Source: Spirulina sp. (GTDB lineage: Bacteria > Cyanobacteriota > Cyanobacteriia > Phormidesmidales > Phormidesmidaceae). From it: a DNA stretch of 64,000 nt. Shown here piece after piece: positions 1 through 10,237 of this stretch; position 1 is the first letter of the stretch; each line of letters opens with the position of its first letter. Position numbers and translations under genes: made by a program. The notes under the pieces are model-generated. The model was not told where the DNA came from. It did no database searches and saw only the letters and a program-made list of their open reading frames with translations. Location of the stretch: contig JBIPSI010000003.1 in the NCBI GenBank assembly GCA_044070495.1, positions 173,894 through 237,893 on the forward strand, given 5' to 3'.

Positions 1-32
1 GGTTCTAGGGTTAGCCTTGGGGTCAATGTTAT

Positions 33-423
33 GGGGGCGTGGCGGAATGGTAGACGCTACGGACTTAGAAAACTGGGCCTTAGCGAAGAAATTTGCTAAG
101 TGAAGGCTCTCAAACTCAGGGAAACCTAACTTCGAGGGTTTAGACAGTCCTAGAGCTTGTCTGAATCTGGGAACATGGCAATCCTGAGCCAAGCCAGACG
201 GTGGTAGTGCGCCTACCCAAGGTAGGGTGACCACCCAAAGCCGCCTGGAAGGTGCAGAGGCCCGACGGGAGCTACCCTAACGTATAGCCGAGGGTAAAGG
301 GAGGGTCCAATTCTCAACGCTGGTTGCTAGTCCATGGCTGGAACCTGGCGGTCGCGAAAGCGGCGGGAGGATGAAAATCCGTTGACCATTGCGGTCGTGA
401 GGGTTCGAGTCCCTCCGCCCCCA
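33..423 (+). tRNA. trnL: tRNA-Leu(UAA), split: exon 1 33-66, exon 2 374-423
   Basis: Acceptor stem GGGGGCG/CGCCCCC+A, D-arm GGCGGAATGGTAGACGC, anticodon loop reassembles as CTT^AAAA, long variable arm, T-loop GGTTCGAGTCC. Confidence 0.97.
67..373 (+). ncRNA. Group I self-splicing intron (307 nt) in the trnL(UAA) anticodon
   Basis: Inserted after U in the anticodon and ends in omega-G (AGGATG); core elements AACTCAGGGAAACCT, AATCCTGAGC, GTGCAGAGGCCCGA and GAGGGTCC. Confidence 0.96.
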
Positions 424-595
424 TTATCTATCACCGTGAACGAGTCTAAACAGTGAGTGCGGTTAATCCTGGGACGGCGGGCTAGGTAATCTATGGCCTG
501 TCCCACGCTGGGCTAGCCTTCCTCGGCTAGGATATTTCCCTGGCTACAATAATTTGTTGGCCACGATAATTCAGAGTTTCGGTGCAGTATTTCCC

Positions 596-1663
596 ATGCA
601 GGCTCAAATCCCCAGTTCCGCCAACCGCCCCACGGCTATCCCTTCAGAACTGGCGGTGTACCGCATTTTGGATGCCAACCTAGACCGTGCCAGGGAGGGT
701 TTGCGCATTGTTGAGGAATGGTGTCGGTTTGGCTTAAACGACGCTGACAAAACGGATCAGATTAAGCACCTGCGCCAAATCCTAGCCCAGTGGCACGATC
801 CGATTCTGCGTCAGGCCCGCGATACCCCTGGCGATCCGGGGACGGCCCTGACCCATCCCCAGGAGGCGGAACGGGGGGATGTGGCGGCGGTGCTGTTGGC
901 TAACCTGTGCCGGGTGCAGGAGGCGTTGCGGGTGCTGGAGGAATACGGCAAGCTCTACCGCAGCGACTTTGCCGCCGCCTGCAAAACCATGCGCTACCAG
1001 GTCTACACCCTAGAGAGCGAGCTGCTGGGGGGGGATCGGCTGCATCGGCTGCGTCAGGCTCCGGTGTACCTGGTGACCTCACCCCAGGAGAACCTAATCG
1101 CCACCGTGGAAGCGGCCCTGAAGGGGGGCATTACCCTGGTGCAATACCGAGACAAAAATACCGAGGACGAGGTGCGCTTCCAGCGCGCCCAGCAGTTGCG
1201 GGATCTCTGCCACCAATACCGGGCGATTTTTTTGGTCAACGACCGGGTGGATTTGGCCCTGGCGGTGGGAGCCGATGGGGTTCACCTGGGCCAAACCGAT
1301 CTACCCGTTGCCGTTGCCCGTCGGCTGCTTGGCCCCCAGGCGATCATTGGTCGATCCACCACCAACCCCGAAGAAATGAACCGCGCCCTCAGCGAAGGAG
1401 CCGACTACATTGGGGTTGGCCCCGTGTATAGCACTCCCACCAAGCCCGGAAAAGCCGCCGCCGGGCTAGACTACGTGCGCTACGCCGCCGCCCAGGCTCC
1501 GGTGCCTTGGTTTGCCATTGGCGGCATTGATGGGGAGAATATCGGGGACGTTTTGCAAGCCGGAGCCCAGCAGGTGGCCATTGTACGGGCGGTGATGGAG
1601 GCCGAAAACCCCACTCAAGCGGCCCAAACCATCCTGAACCAAGTCCGTCAATCCCGCCCCTAG
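596..1663 (+). CDS. thiE: Thiamine-phosphate synthase with cyanobacterial N-terminal ThiD2 extension
   Basis: RILDANLDRAREGLR N-domain; QYRDK, VNDR, GADGVHLGQ and TPTK motifs; ATG 596 chosen over TTG 554. Confidence 0.95.
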   Translation: MQAQIPSSANRPTAIPSELAVYRILDANLDRAREGLRIVEEWCRFGLNDADKTDQIKHLRQILAQWHDPILRQARDTPGDPGTALTHPQEAERGDVAAVLLANLCRVQEALRVLEEYGKLYRSDFAAACKTMRYQVYTLESELLGGDRLHRLRQAPVYLVTSPQENLIATVEAALKGGITLVQYRDKNTEDEVRFQRAQQLRDLCHQYRAIFLVNDRVDLALAVGADGVHLGQTDLPVAVARRLLGPQAIIGRSTTNPEEMNRALSEGADYIGVGPVYSTPTKPGKAAAGLDYVRYAAAQAPVPWFAIGGIDGENIGDVLQAGAQQVAIVRAVMEAENPTQAAQTILNQVRQSRP

Positions 1664-1772
1664 CGCCTCAACCAGAATCCTTACAATTTCCCTGATTGCG
1701 TCGGTAGGGCGACTGGAATGCCAGACCACGGATCCAAGTTCTGCCGATCAGTCTGAGCCGCCTGATCAGCTC

Positions 1773-2552
1773 CTAAAACTGGCGACGGGAGAAGACCACC
1801 GTGGCCACCGTGAGCAGTAGGGCACTGTAGATCAGGGCATAGGCCACGTGGGTGACCAGGGTGAGGGGGTCGGGCAGCAGTTCTAGTCCGTAGACGGCTA
1901 GGTTGCGTAGGTTGAGGCGTTCGAGGTCGGGCAGGAAGAGGTATAGCCCATTGGTGAGACGCTGGATGCCTGGATTGTCACTGAGTTGGGTGAAGGCGAC
2001 CAGATCCTGGGTGAGGTGGCCCATCAGGTACACGGCAAAGGTCAGCAGGGTGGCCAGCAGGGAACTGGTAAACACACCAAACAGAATCGCCACCGCCGTG
2101 AGCAGCATGGCCTCTAGCAGCATAAAGCCCGTGGCCAGGGCCAAACTGGCGAAGGAGAAGGGCACTCCGATGATGGCCAGCATGGCGGCGAACATCAGCC
2201 CTAGGCCCCCCAGCAGCACCGCTAGCACCGCCGACAGCCCCAGGTGCTTCCCCACAATAAATTCGCCATGGCTGACGGGCTTGGCCAACAACACCAGCAC
2301 CGTGCGCTTCTCGATCTCTTTATTCACCAGGCCCGTACCCACAAACACCGCAATGATCACGCTGAGTAGGTGCATGGCGGCTAGGCCCAGGTCGAGGATA
2401 ATTTTTTGCTCCGTGCCTGCCGACACCGGGGGGAGCAACAGGGCCGCCGCCACCATCAGCAGGGCAAACAGGGCCATCAGGTAGAGGATGCGATCCCGGA
2501 TCACCTCTAGGAACACATTACGAGCAATGACCACGATGCGAGACAACACCAT
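1773..2552 (-). CDS. fraE: ABC-2-type permease, FraE-like
   Basis: Multi-TM protein with EIEKRTVLVLLAKPVS..EFIVGK motif; third gene of a fraC-fraD-fraE arrangement. Confidence 0.8.
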   Translation of the reverse strand: MVLSRIVVIARNVFLEVIRDRILYLMALFALLMVAAALLLPPVSAGTEQKIILDLGLAAMHLLSVIIAVFVGTGLVNKEIEKRTVLVLLAKPVSHGEFIVGKHLGLSAVLAVLLGGLGLMFAAMLAIIGVPFSFASLALATGFMLLEAMLLTAVAILFGVFTSSLLATLLTFAVYLMGHLTQDLVAFTQLSDNPGIQRLTNGLYLFLPDLERLNLRNLAVYGLELLPDPLTLVTHVAYALIYSALLLTVATVVFSRRQF

Positions 2553-2597
2553 AGGTTACGACCATCCTCCTGCTTTGCCTTTGCTAGTGTACGGGGT

Positions 2598-3590
2598 TTA
2601 GGGCCGTCCGTAGCGTAGCGGGGTTTCCAACTGGCAGCGCACCTGCGTCCATTGGGTGGTGGTGGCCAAGGCGGCATCCCTGCCGCTTTCCATGGCATTG
2701 GCGACGGGTTGGGTGATGGGCATGATTTCACAGGCCTTTTCAAAGTAGTAGCCCTCGCCGTTGGCACTGGGGCCAAGCCATAGGGCGTACAGCATCAAGG
2801 TATAGCCGTTGCCGTTGGTGGCGGTTTTTAGGCTGAGGTTCCAGAGTTTATCCTCTGGGCTGGGGGGCTGGTTGGTTTGCACTTGGCGCTGGAGTTCCTG
2901 CTGATGGCCTTCTAGGTTGAGCAACCAGCGTTCTACCCAAGACCAGGGTTTGTTGTCAATTTGATCTTTAATGAGTCGTTCGGCCTGGGTGAGGTGGCTA
3001 ACCCCCGCCGAGAGGGGCATGGTTTGGCCGGGAATGCGGTAGACAAAGGCGCTGTGGTCAAACTGGTCGGCAATTAGGCTGGGGTAGTCGCGCAGCCAGG
3101 TTTGAATGCGAAAGTAAAACTGAAACCAACTGCTGAGCAGCAGGCTAAACCCTAGCAGCAGGGCCAAGCTTTGGCGCATGGCGGGGGCGGGCCGCTTGGG
3201 GCGAAACTCCCAGCTCAGCAGGTTGGGCACGGCCACCACCAAAAACGACATCAGCGGCCAGGTAATCAGCGCTGGTTGCAGCCAAGCCCCTCCCCAGGAA
3301 CCAAACAGAAATAGGCACAAAATCCCCCCCGACACCCAGGGCGCAATGGACAGGCCAAAGGGTCTGATTTTCTTCGCCTCAAAGGCCCAGCCCACCCCTA
3401 GCGCCAGAAAAATCCAGGCCAAGGTGGCCATCAGCCCCACAGTAAAGGGACTCGCTTTCAGCCAGCGACTAATGCCTGACATCAGCCAGGAAATTAGGCT
3501 CATATAAATGACGGTGAGCCAGGAAAAGGCCGACTTCGGCCAGAGGGTGGTTTTGAGGCTGGTGACGTAGGAGGGGAGGGGCGGCATCAT
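2598..3590 (-). CDS. fraD: Septal junction protein FraD (DUF5357-like)
   Basis: About 5 N-terminal TM helices plus periplasmic domain (WFQFYF.IQ.WL..YPSL, PWSWVERWL); 4-bp overlap with fraC. Confidence 0.8.
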   Translation of the reverse strand: MMPPLPSYVTSLKTTLWPKSAFSWLTVIYMSLISWLMSGISRWLKASPFTVGLMATLAWIFLALGVGWAFEAKKIRPFGLSIAPWVSGGILCLFLFGSWGGAWLQPALITWPLMSFLVVAVPNLLSWEFRPKRPAPAMRQSLALLLGFSLLLSSWFQFYFRIQTWLRDYPSLIADQFDHSAFVYRIPGQTMPLSAGVSHLTQAERLIKDQIDNKPWSWVERWLLNLEGHQQELQRQVQTNQPPSPEDKLWNLSLKTATNGNGYTLMLYALWLGPSANGEGYYFEKACEIMPITQPVANAMESGRDAALATTTQWTQVRCQLETPLRYGRP

Positions 3591-4168
3591 GGCAGCACGA
3601 CCTGAAGCTGGAGGAAAAGTAGGAGGACAATCACGGTGAAGCTGAGGGCGTTGGCCTGAAGGACGGCTACGGTGTAGGTAGCGGTGCGGGAACGGGCGGA
3701 GGAGGGCGCACCTCGGCGAGAGGAACGGTTCCGGCCAGCTCGATCTGAAAGGCCGGGAGCCTCCAAAACAGGAGCCTTACCTAGCAGCGCCACCAGGGCA
3801 CTCAGACTTTGGAGCTTGACCCAGTAGGTGGCAAAAAACACCACAATGGCCACCATTACCATCATCACGGGCAGGGCCTCCAGCCAATCATTAGGGAAAA
3901 ATCGGCTGAACAGCACATAGCTCATGATTTGCTGGCGTAGAGCCGTGGGCAACACCGCCTCTAGGCTGAGGAAGGCAATCCAGCCCAAGCTGGTGGCCAG
4001 TAGGTTGATGGTGGCGGCATACTGCACGCTGGTTTGGTAGCCCAGGCGCAGATGTTGGCGTAGCACCATGGCCTCTAGGGCAATGGCCACCATCAACAGC
4101 ATGGACTGAAACACAATGGCCTTCAGCGGCAGTAATCCAAGATCGGCCAAGACATCCGTGGGGGACAT
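3587..4168 (-). CDS. fraC: Filament integrity protein FraC
   Basis: LPLKAIVFQ..LLMVAIALEA..L...TSVQYAATINL signature; true start ATG 4168 (the ORF-track extension overlaps cobO). Confidence 0.85.
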   Translation of the reverse strand: MSPTDVLADLGLLPLKAIVFQSMLLMVAIALEAMVLRQHLRLGYQTSVQYAATINLLATSLGWIAFLSLEAVLPTALRQQIMSYVLFSRFFPNDWLEALPVMMVMVAIVVFFATYWVKLQSLSALVALLGKAPVLEAPGLSDRAGRNRSSRRGAPSSARSRTATYTVAVLQANALSFTVIVLLLFLQLQVVLP

Positions 4169-4279
4169 GTCAGAATTGGGATAGCAAGTGGTCTTAAGGA
4201 TACTGCTGAGTGACAAATTGGGCGTAGGGGGTCTTACGCTTTCGCTAAAATTAACCTTGCCCTCACCCCCAACATCCCT

Positions 4280-5410
4280 ATGGTTAGAACTGGCATTGGT
4301 ATTCGCACGGCCCAACAAACCAACGAACGGATAACGGGGCAGGTGCATGTCTACGACGGCGAGGGCAAGGGTAAGTCCCAGGTGGCCTTGGGGGTGGTGC
4401 TGCGTTCCATTGGGCTGGGCATTCAAAACTTTATGGAAAGTCGGGTGCTGCTGCTGCGCTTCCTCAAAGGCCCAGGCCGCACCTACGACGAAGACGCTGC
4501 CATCGAGGCCCTCCAGCGCGGCTTCCCCCACCTGATCGACCAGGTGCGCACTGGACGCTCGGAGTTCTTTGGCCCCGAAGACATCACCAAATTCGACAAA
4601 CAGGAGGCTCAGCGGGGCTGGGATGTAGCGAAGGGAGCGATTGCCTCTGGGCTGTATTCCGTGGTGGTGCTAGATGAAATCAATCCGGTGCTGGACTTGG
4701 GTCTGTTATCCGTCGATGAGGTGGTGAGAACCCTGCGCCGCAAGCCCGACCACCTGGAAATCATCGCCACCGGACGCGCCGCCCCTCGCCCCCTGCTCGA
4801 TATCGCCGACCTGCACTCCGAGATGAAGCCCCAACTCCACACCTCCAATATTCCAGGGCTAGAGGGCATCGAAATCTACACCGGGGCGGGCAAGGGCAAA
4901 TCCACCAGCGCCCTGGGCAAAGCCCTGCAAGCCATCGGGCGTGGCATTAGCCAAGACCTCTCCCACCGGGTGCTGATTATCCAGTGGCTAAAGGGCGGTA
5001 ACGGCTACACCGAAGACGCCGCCATCGCCGCCCTACGCAAGATTTACCCCAACCTGGTAGACCACCAGCGCTGTGGCCGCGATGCCATCGTCTGGCGCGG
5101 CCAACAGCAGGACATCGACTACGTGGAAGCAGAACGGGGCTGGGAAATTGCCCGTACTGCCATCGCCTCCGGGCTGTACAAAACCATCATTTTGGACGAA
5201 CTCAACCCTACGGTGGATCTCGAACTGCTGCCCGAAGAACCCATCGTTCAAGCCCTGCTACGCAAGCCCAAGGACACCGCCGTGATCATCACCGGGCGCT
5301 GCAAAAACCAGCCCACCTACTTTGAGTTGGCCAGCACCCACTCCGAAGTGTTTAACCACAAGCACTATGCCGAAAAAGGCATCGACCTCAAACGCGGCGT
5401 GGATTTCTAG
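4280..5410 (+). CDS. cobO: Cob(I)yrinic acid a,c-diamide adenosyltransferase with tandem duplicated domain
   Basis: Two P-loops (YDGEGKGKS, YTGAGKGKS) and two LDE.N motifs. Confidence 0.92.
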   Translation: MVRTGIGIRTAQQTNERITGQVHVYDGEGKGKSQVALGVVLRSIGLGIQNFMESRVLLLRFLKGPGRTYDEDAAIEALQRGFPHLIDQVRTGRSEFFGPEDITKFDKQEAQRGWDVAKGAIASGLYSVVVLDEINPVLDLGLLSVDEVVRTLRRKPDHLEIIATGRAAPRPLLDIADLHSEMKPQLHTSNIPGLEGIEIYTGAGKGKSTSALGKALQAIGRGISQDLSHRVLIIQWLKGGNGYTEDAAIAALRKIYPNLVDHQRCGRDAIVWRGQQQDIDYVEAERGWEIARTAIASGLYKTIILDELNPTVDLELLPEEPIVQALLRKPKDTAVIITGRCKNQPTYFELASTHSEVFNHKHYAEKGIDLKRGVDF

Positions 5411-5422
5411 GATGCCTTGAGG

Positions 5423-6613
5423 TTAGTTGAGGGTGGTGGCCAGGGAAGGCAGGGTGGCGGGGTCGCCCACGTAGATGCCGAGGGATCGGGCGACTTTAAC
5501 CATGGTGCCGTCAACTTCCACGGGGCCAGGGCAGACGTTGCGTTCATGGCAGTCGCGAACAATGGCGATGGCCTCGCCCAAATCCTTGGATCGTACCCGT
5601 CCCGCTTCCCACACCACCAGGCGTCCATAGCGCTCATCGGCAATTAAGTCGGTAGCTTTGCGGCCAAAGGCGGCGGCTAGCAGGCGATCCGAGGCGGTGG
5701 GGGTGCCGCTACGCTGGATGTGCCCTAGCACCGTGGCGCGGGTTTCCACGGCATCCATATCGCAGTAATCTACATCCCCGCTGGCGCAGAGGATATGGCT
5801 ACGGCTGGCGATTTCCTTAGCCAAAAATTCGCCGATGGCCTTCATGCGGTGGCCGTCTTCGCCCCGCACCCCTTCCGCCACCACCACCAGGGCAAACTTG
5901 CGGCCTCGGTGGCGCAGTTCCGCCAGCTTATGGCACACCTGGTCAATGATGGTGCCACTGAGAGCCGTCACCAGTTCGGGAATCAAAATCACATCGGCCC
6001 CCCCGGCAATGCCCCCGTGCAGGGCCAGGTGTCCGGCATCGCGGCCCATCACCTCTACGACCATCACCCGGTCGTGGCTGGCGGCGGTGAAGGTGAGGTC
6101 GTAGAGGGCCGTGTTCACCGTTTGTACGGCGGTGTCAAAGCCGATGGATCGCTCGGTGAAGGGCACATCGTTGTCGATGGTTTTGGGAATGCCAATTAAG
6201 TTCCAGCCGCCCTTGAGGGAAATTTCGTAGATGATATCCAAGCTGCCGTCGCCGCCGATGGCGATGAGGGCATCTAAGCCCAGCAGTTCGTAGCCCTTGA
6301 GAATCTTGGCCAGCACCTCTGGGTTGCGGGAATCGCCCTTGTTAATAGAACCGAGGATTGACCCGCTGAGAAATTGCAGCACATCAATGCCCTGGAGCAT
6401 CCCTGGAATGTCGTAGCCGTGCTCTGGGATGATCAAATCATCGGGGTTGTAGGCTCCCTCCGCCACCCGCATCATGCCATCGGTGCCGTAGGGAATCCCC
6501 AGCACATGCCACCCCCGCCGACTGGCGCACTTCACCACCGCACGAATCACCGCATTTAGGCCAGGGCAATCGCCGCCGCTAGTGAGGATACCAATGCGCT
6601 TAGGGCTCGCCAT
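5423..6613 (-). CDS. pfkA: ATP-dependent 6-phosphofructokinase
   Basis: TSGGDCPGLN, GGDGS, PKTIDND, EVMGR and LGHIQR motifs. Confidence 0.96.
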   Translation of the reverse strand: MASPKRIGILTSGGDCPGLNAVIRAVVKCASRRGWHVLGIPYGTDGMMRVAEGAYNPDDLIIPEHGYDIPGMLQGIDVLQFLSGSILGSINKGDSRNPEVLAKILKGYELLGLDALIAIGGDGSLDIIYEISLKGGWNLIGIPKTIDNDVPFTERSIGFDTAVQTVNTALYDLTFTAASHDRVMVVEVMGRDAGHLALHGGIAGGADVILIPELVTALSGTIIDQVCHKLAELRHRGRKFALVVVAEGVRGEDGHRMKAIGEFLAKEIASRSHILCASGDVDYCDMDAVETRATVLGHIQRSGTPTASDRLLAAAFGRKATDLIADERYGRLVVWEAGRVRSKDLGEAIAIVRDCHERNVCPGPVEVDGTMVKVARSLGIYVGDPATLPSLATTLN

Positions 6614-6811
6614 GGGACAGTCTCCTTTGTGAATCGAGGTAGGTACCTAGAAATAGACGCACAGCGCCTAGGCTGGGCGACACGTGGCATTTCTTCTAGA
6701 GAGAATATCAGCACCGTTCTGGATTCTAGAGAAGCTTCCGAATGTTTTCTAGAAGTCCCCTAGCGGGCTAAAAGTTCATTCCCATTGAAGGGAGGCAGGA
6801 GACGCTCAAAG

Positions 6812-6852
6812 CCCTTCTCCCGGAATTGGAAGAGGGGTTTGGGATGAGGGTG
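6812..6852 (-). repeat. Small dispersed palindromic repeat (CCCTCACCCC..CCCTCTCCC..GGGAGAGGG family), degenerate
   Basis: cccttctcccggaattggaagaggggtttgggatgagggtg resembles the copy at 14316-14353. Confidence 0.6.
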
Positions 6853-6878
6853 ATCTACAGCGTTGTGATGGACGGAAT

Positions 6879-7841
6879 CTAGTTGACCGTGAGGGGGGCC
6901 ATCAGTTCGGGATCTTGGAACAGCGGGGTGCTGAGGTAGCGTTCGCCAAAGCTGGGCTGGATGACGACGATCAGCTTGCCCTCATTTTCGGGGCGGCGGC
7001 CAATCTCAACGGCGGCCTTAACGGCGGCCCCGGTGGAAATGCCGGACAATAGCCCCTCCTCGCGGGCCATGCGCCGACCGTAGGCGATGGCATCCTCATC
7101 GGCCACCTGCACCACTTCGTCAATCAGATCGACCTTGAGCACCTCTGGGATGAAGCCAGCCCCAATGCCCTGAATTTTGTGGGAACCAGGCCGTCCCCCA
7201 GACAGCACCGGGCTATTGACGGGTTCCACCGCAACGGCTTTGAACCCAGGCTTGCGCTGCTTGAGGACATCGGCCACCCCGGTAATGGTGCCCCCGGTGC
7301 CCACCCCGGCCACCAGAATGTCGATTTGCCCCTCGGTGTCGGCCCAAATTTCTTCGGCGGTGGTGCGGCGGTGAATATCGGGGTTCGCCGGGTTACTAAA
7401 CTGTTGCAGCATGTAGGCATCGGGCAAGGAATCCAAAATTTCCTGTGCCCGCTGAATGCAGCCCGACATTCCCGCCATGCCGGGAGTCAGCTCTAGCTCG
7501 GCCCCGTAGGCCCGCAGCATAGCTCGCCGTTCGGAACTCATGGTTTCGGGCATAGTGAGGATGAGCCGATAGCCCTTCGCCGCCGCCGCCATGGCCAAGG
7601 CAATGCCCGTATTGCCAGAGGTGGGTTCCACCAGGGTGGTTTTGCCGGGAGTAATCAGCCCCTCCGCCTCCGCCGCTTCAATCATATTGATGCCGATGCG
7701 GTCTTTCACCGACGCCGAGGGGTTCATCCCCTCCAGTTTGATCACCAATTGGGCCAGACAGCCATCGGCCTGGGGAATGCGGTTTAGCCGAACCAGGGGC
7801 GTCCGACCAATCAGTTGGGTCACATTGTCTGCAATACGCAT
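6879..7841 (-). CDS. cysK: Cysteine synthase A
   Basis: [12 protein letters not shown] lysine, [22 protein letters not shown] and SFGERYLST motifs. Confidence 0.97.
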   Translation of the reverse strand: MRIADNVTQLIGRTPLVRLNRIPQADGCLAQLVIKLEGMNPSASVKDRIGINMIEAAEAEGLITPGKTTLVEPTSGNTGIALAMAAAAKGYRLILTMPETMSSERRAMLRAYGAELELTPGMAGMSGCIQRAQEILDSLPDAYMLQQFSNPANPDIHRRTTAEEIWADTEGQIDILVAGVGTGGTITGVADVLKQRKPGFKAVAVEPVNSPVLSGGRPGSHKIQGIGAGFIPEVLKVDLIDEVVQVADEDAIAYGRRMAREEGLLSGISTGAAVKAAVEIGRRPENEGKLIVVIQPSFGERYLSTPLFQDPELMAPLTVN

Positions 7842-7850
7842 GGGTCTGGC

Positions 7851-8285
7851 CTAGATGTAATACATGATGTCGATCTGTTGTTTGGCGTTGCGTTGTTCCA
7901 GCAGGTCTTGCAAGGTATAGCGTTGCAGCACCGTCTCCGCCGCCTGACGCACCTCCCCCCACACATCCTGAATCACCACCGCCTCTAGAGTTTCGGGGGA
8001 TTTGTCCGCATCGGGCTGGCCATCAAACCCTTCGATGCAGCTCATCACATCGTAGAGACTGACTTTCCACGGCTCACGGGCCAGCAAATAGCCCCCCCGC
8101 GCCCCCCGCTGGCTTTTGACCAATCCGGCTCGACGCAGCGTCGCCAACAGTTGCTCTAAGTATCGGTCAGGGATGCTTTGCTTAGCGGAAATTTGACGAA
8201 TTTGTAAGGGTTCGCCGCTGGCATGGTGGGCGCTGAGTTCAATTAAAGCCAGCAGGGCGTATTCACTTTTGCAAGACAAATCCAC
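7851..8285 (-). CDS. Rrf2-family regulator (CymR-like)
   Basis: YLEQLL..LRRAGLVKSQRGARGGY winged HTH; directly upstream of cysK; GTG start at 8285. Confidence 0.9.
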   Translation of the reverse strand: MDLSCKSEYALLALIELSAHHASGEPLQIRQISAKQSIPDRYLEQLLATLRRAGLVKSQRGARGGYLLAREPWKVSLYDVMSCIEGFDGQPDADKSPETLEAVVIQDVWGEVRQAAETVLQRYTLQDLLEQRNAKQQIDIMYYI

Positions 8286-8319
8286 GGCAGGGAGGCAGCT
8301 AAAGGGCGACACCCCTAGT

Positions 8320-8344
8320 ATACTCCGGTTCTCCACTGGGGTTT
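8320..8344. promoter_or_regulatory. Imperfect inverted repeat, candidate Rrf2 operator
   Basis: ATACTCCGGT-N5-ACTGGGGTTT, about 35 bp upstream of the Rrf2 start. Confidence 0.45.
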
Positions 8345-8366
8345 GCAGGATTTATAAGGCTAGGGG

Positions 8367-8891
8367 TCAACTCAGCCAGAACAGTCCCCCTAGAACTATC
8401 CCAACCAATCCCAGCGCTATCCACAGAAAGCCATTATCACCAGTGTTCACTTGGCTCAGATCCAGCGGTTCCGGCTCTGGTTTGGGCGAACGCCTCGGCC
8501 TCGAACGCAGTTGTACCGTGGAAAGGCCACCGCCGGAGGGGTTGCCCTCCTCCAAACTCCCCAGGTCGGGAATTTGGCTCATCCAGTTGCCCGGTCGTCG
8601 TAGCTGGGGGGCTTGCAGAATGTACAGCAAATTCTTGGCCTGTTTACGCACCTCCAAATCAGGGTGGCGGGTGAGGGTTTCGCAGAGGGCCTCGGCCTCG
8701 CGACCCTGGCCCACGGCATTGTAGGCATTCACCAGCCAGATCTGAATTTCTCCACCCAGGGGAGTGGTCGCCCTAGCCAGCTTCACCCCCGCCTCAAAAT
8801 GGGTCATCGCCTGCCGGTAGTTGCCATGCTCAAAGGCGGCTTGGCCCTGGGCGTATTCGGTCTGGGCTTGGGAGCGAGGATCGGTGGTCAT
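8367..8891 (-). CDS. TPR-like protein with C-terminal membrane anchor
   Basis: YAQGQAAFEHGNY TPR-like helices; terminal TM helix. Confidence 0.8.
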   Translation of the reverse strand: MTTDPRSQAQTEYAQGQAAFEHGNYRQAMTHFEAGVKLARATTPLGGEIQIWLVNAYNAVGQGREAEALCETLTRHPDLEVRKQAKNLLYILQAPQLRRPGNWMSQIPDLGSLEEGNPSGGGLSTVQLRSRPRRSPKPEPEPLDLSQVNTGDNGFLWIALGLVGIVLGGLFWLS

Positions 8892-8925
8892 GGTCGTGAA
8901 AGGGGCGTAGAAGGGGTGGGGATAA

Positions 8926-9735
8926 CTAGCGGAGGGACTGGATGGTCTGAGCGGTCAGTTGGGTGATGGCATCGACCACCACCGCAGCCCCGGCTTGGGT
9001 GAGGCTGTCGCGGTAGGACTGGCTATAGTCGCCCCCGATGGCGGTGACATGGGGTGGAAGGATACCAACCCCGATCCAGGGGCGTTGGGGACGCTGTGTT
9101 TCGGCATGGCCCAGGGTTTGCATATCCGCAACAGTATCCCCAGCGTAGAGCACGGGTAAATTAGGGGAAAGCTGGTGCTGTTTTGTCAGGTGATCCACGA
9201 CCTCAAACAATCCAGTCGGATCGGGCTTACCAGGGGCATCCTCCATGGCAATCAGCACCGGGGAAGACAACCCAATCCGCCGCTCCAGCACATAGCGGGC
9301 CGACCCACGGGTGGCCCCGCTGAAAAAGCCCCAGGGAACGCCATCGGCGCTGAGTTGGTCAAAATACGCTTTATCCACCAGCAGCGGCTCCTGGGTAATG
9401 TAGCCCGTCCATTGGTCGTTTTCCCCTTGATTAGGGCCACGGTAGCGGCTTTGGAAAAAGGCCACAATCTCGTCGTAGGTAATAGGGACTTGGTTGCGGG
9501 ATTTCCCCTGACGCTCAAAATATCTCAGGATCAATTCCTGCGACCCTTCCCAGTCGTTATTCCAAATCCCTTCCCCCTTGAGGGTGTCGATGTCCTCTGG
9601 GGTGGGTCGATAGCCGCCCTGGGTAAATTGCTCCACGGTATCGGCTAGGGCACGGCGATAGGAGTTGCCCACATCGCGCAGTACACCGTCGATATCAAAG
9701 ACGAGAATGGCTGTGGGGTGAGGAAATGCAGTCAT
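8926..9735 (-). CDS. HAD-family hydrolase (TIGR01548-like)
   Basis: FDIDGV, GKPDP and GDTVAD HAD motifs. Confidence 0.9.
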   Translation of the reverse strand: MTAFPHPTAILVFDIDGVLRDVGNSYRRALADTVEQFTQGGYRPTPEDIDTLKGEGIWNNDWEGSQELILRYFERQGKSRNQVPITYDEIVAFFQSRYRGPNQGENDQWTGYITQEPLLVDKAYFDQLSADGVPWGFFSGATRGSARYVLERRIGLSSPVLIAMEDAPGKPDPTGLFEVVDHLTKQHQLSPNLPVLYAGDTVADMQTLGHAETQRPQRPWIGVGILPPHVTAIGGDYSQSYRDSLTQAGAAVVVDAITQLTAQTIQSLR

Positions 9736-9819
9736 AACCGGGGCAGATTTGTCTAGAGGTCAGGGTTAAAGTGGTAAGATTATAGACTGTAGTATTTTTC
9801 AGTTGCGGCGGAGGTCTAG

Positions 9820-10119
9820 TTGTCCAGATTTGTCTTAAAAGTACTCTGGCTCGAAAATGACGTGGCGCTAGCGGTTGATCAGGTTGTGGGTAAGGGCACC
9901 AGTCCGCTTACGTCCTACTTCTTCTGGCCGCGCAACGATGCCTGGGAACAAATGAAAACCGAACTGGAAAGTAAGCCCTGGATTGAAGAAGAAGAACGGG
10001 TTGAAATCCTCAACAAAGCCACGGAAATCATCAACTATTGGCAGGAAGAGGGCAAGGGTAAATCCCTAACCGATGCCCAAGTCCGCTTCCCCGAAATTAC
10101 CTTCACCGGTAGTTCGTGA
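9820..10119 (+). CDS. psrp3: 30S ribosomal protein PSRP-3 (Ycf65)
   Basis: LKVLWLE..VALAVDQ....[17 protein letters not shown] signature. Confidence 0.93.
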   Translation: MSRFVLKVLWLENDVALAVDQVVGKGTSPLTSYFFWPRNDAWEQMKTELESKPWIEEEERVEILNKATEIINYWQEEGKGKSLTDAQVRFPEITFTGSS

Positions 10120-10161
10120 TTTGGGATGATTGACGCTCGGCGTTGATTCCCATCAAGCTCT

Positions 10162-10196
10162 AAAAAAGAACCCCATCATAGATGAGGTTCTTTTTT
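10162..10196. terminator. Bidirectional intrinsic terminator between psrp3 and atpC
   Basis: AAAAAAGAACCCCATC-ATA-GATGAGGTTCTTTTTT hairpin with A and T tails. Confidence 0.85.
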
Positions 10197-10237
10197 ATTG
10201 AGTATTGGGCGAGTTTCACCTTCAGAAAAACCGCCGC

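Noticed and set aside
67..373. Homing endonuclease in the intron
   Set aside because: The intron is only 307 nt with no ORF of useful length.
424..595. TPP riboswitch before thiE, or an integrated element at the tRNA
   Set aside because: No TPP consensus, no integrase and no repeated tRNA 3' end were seen.
4169..4531. Extension of the fraC ORF
   Set aside because: It is antisense to cobO; the FraC signature starts at ATG 4168.
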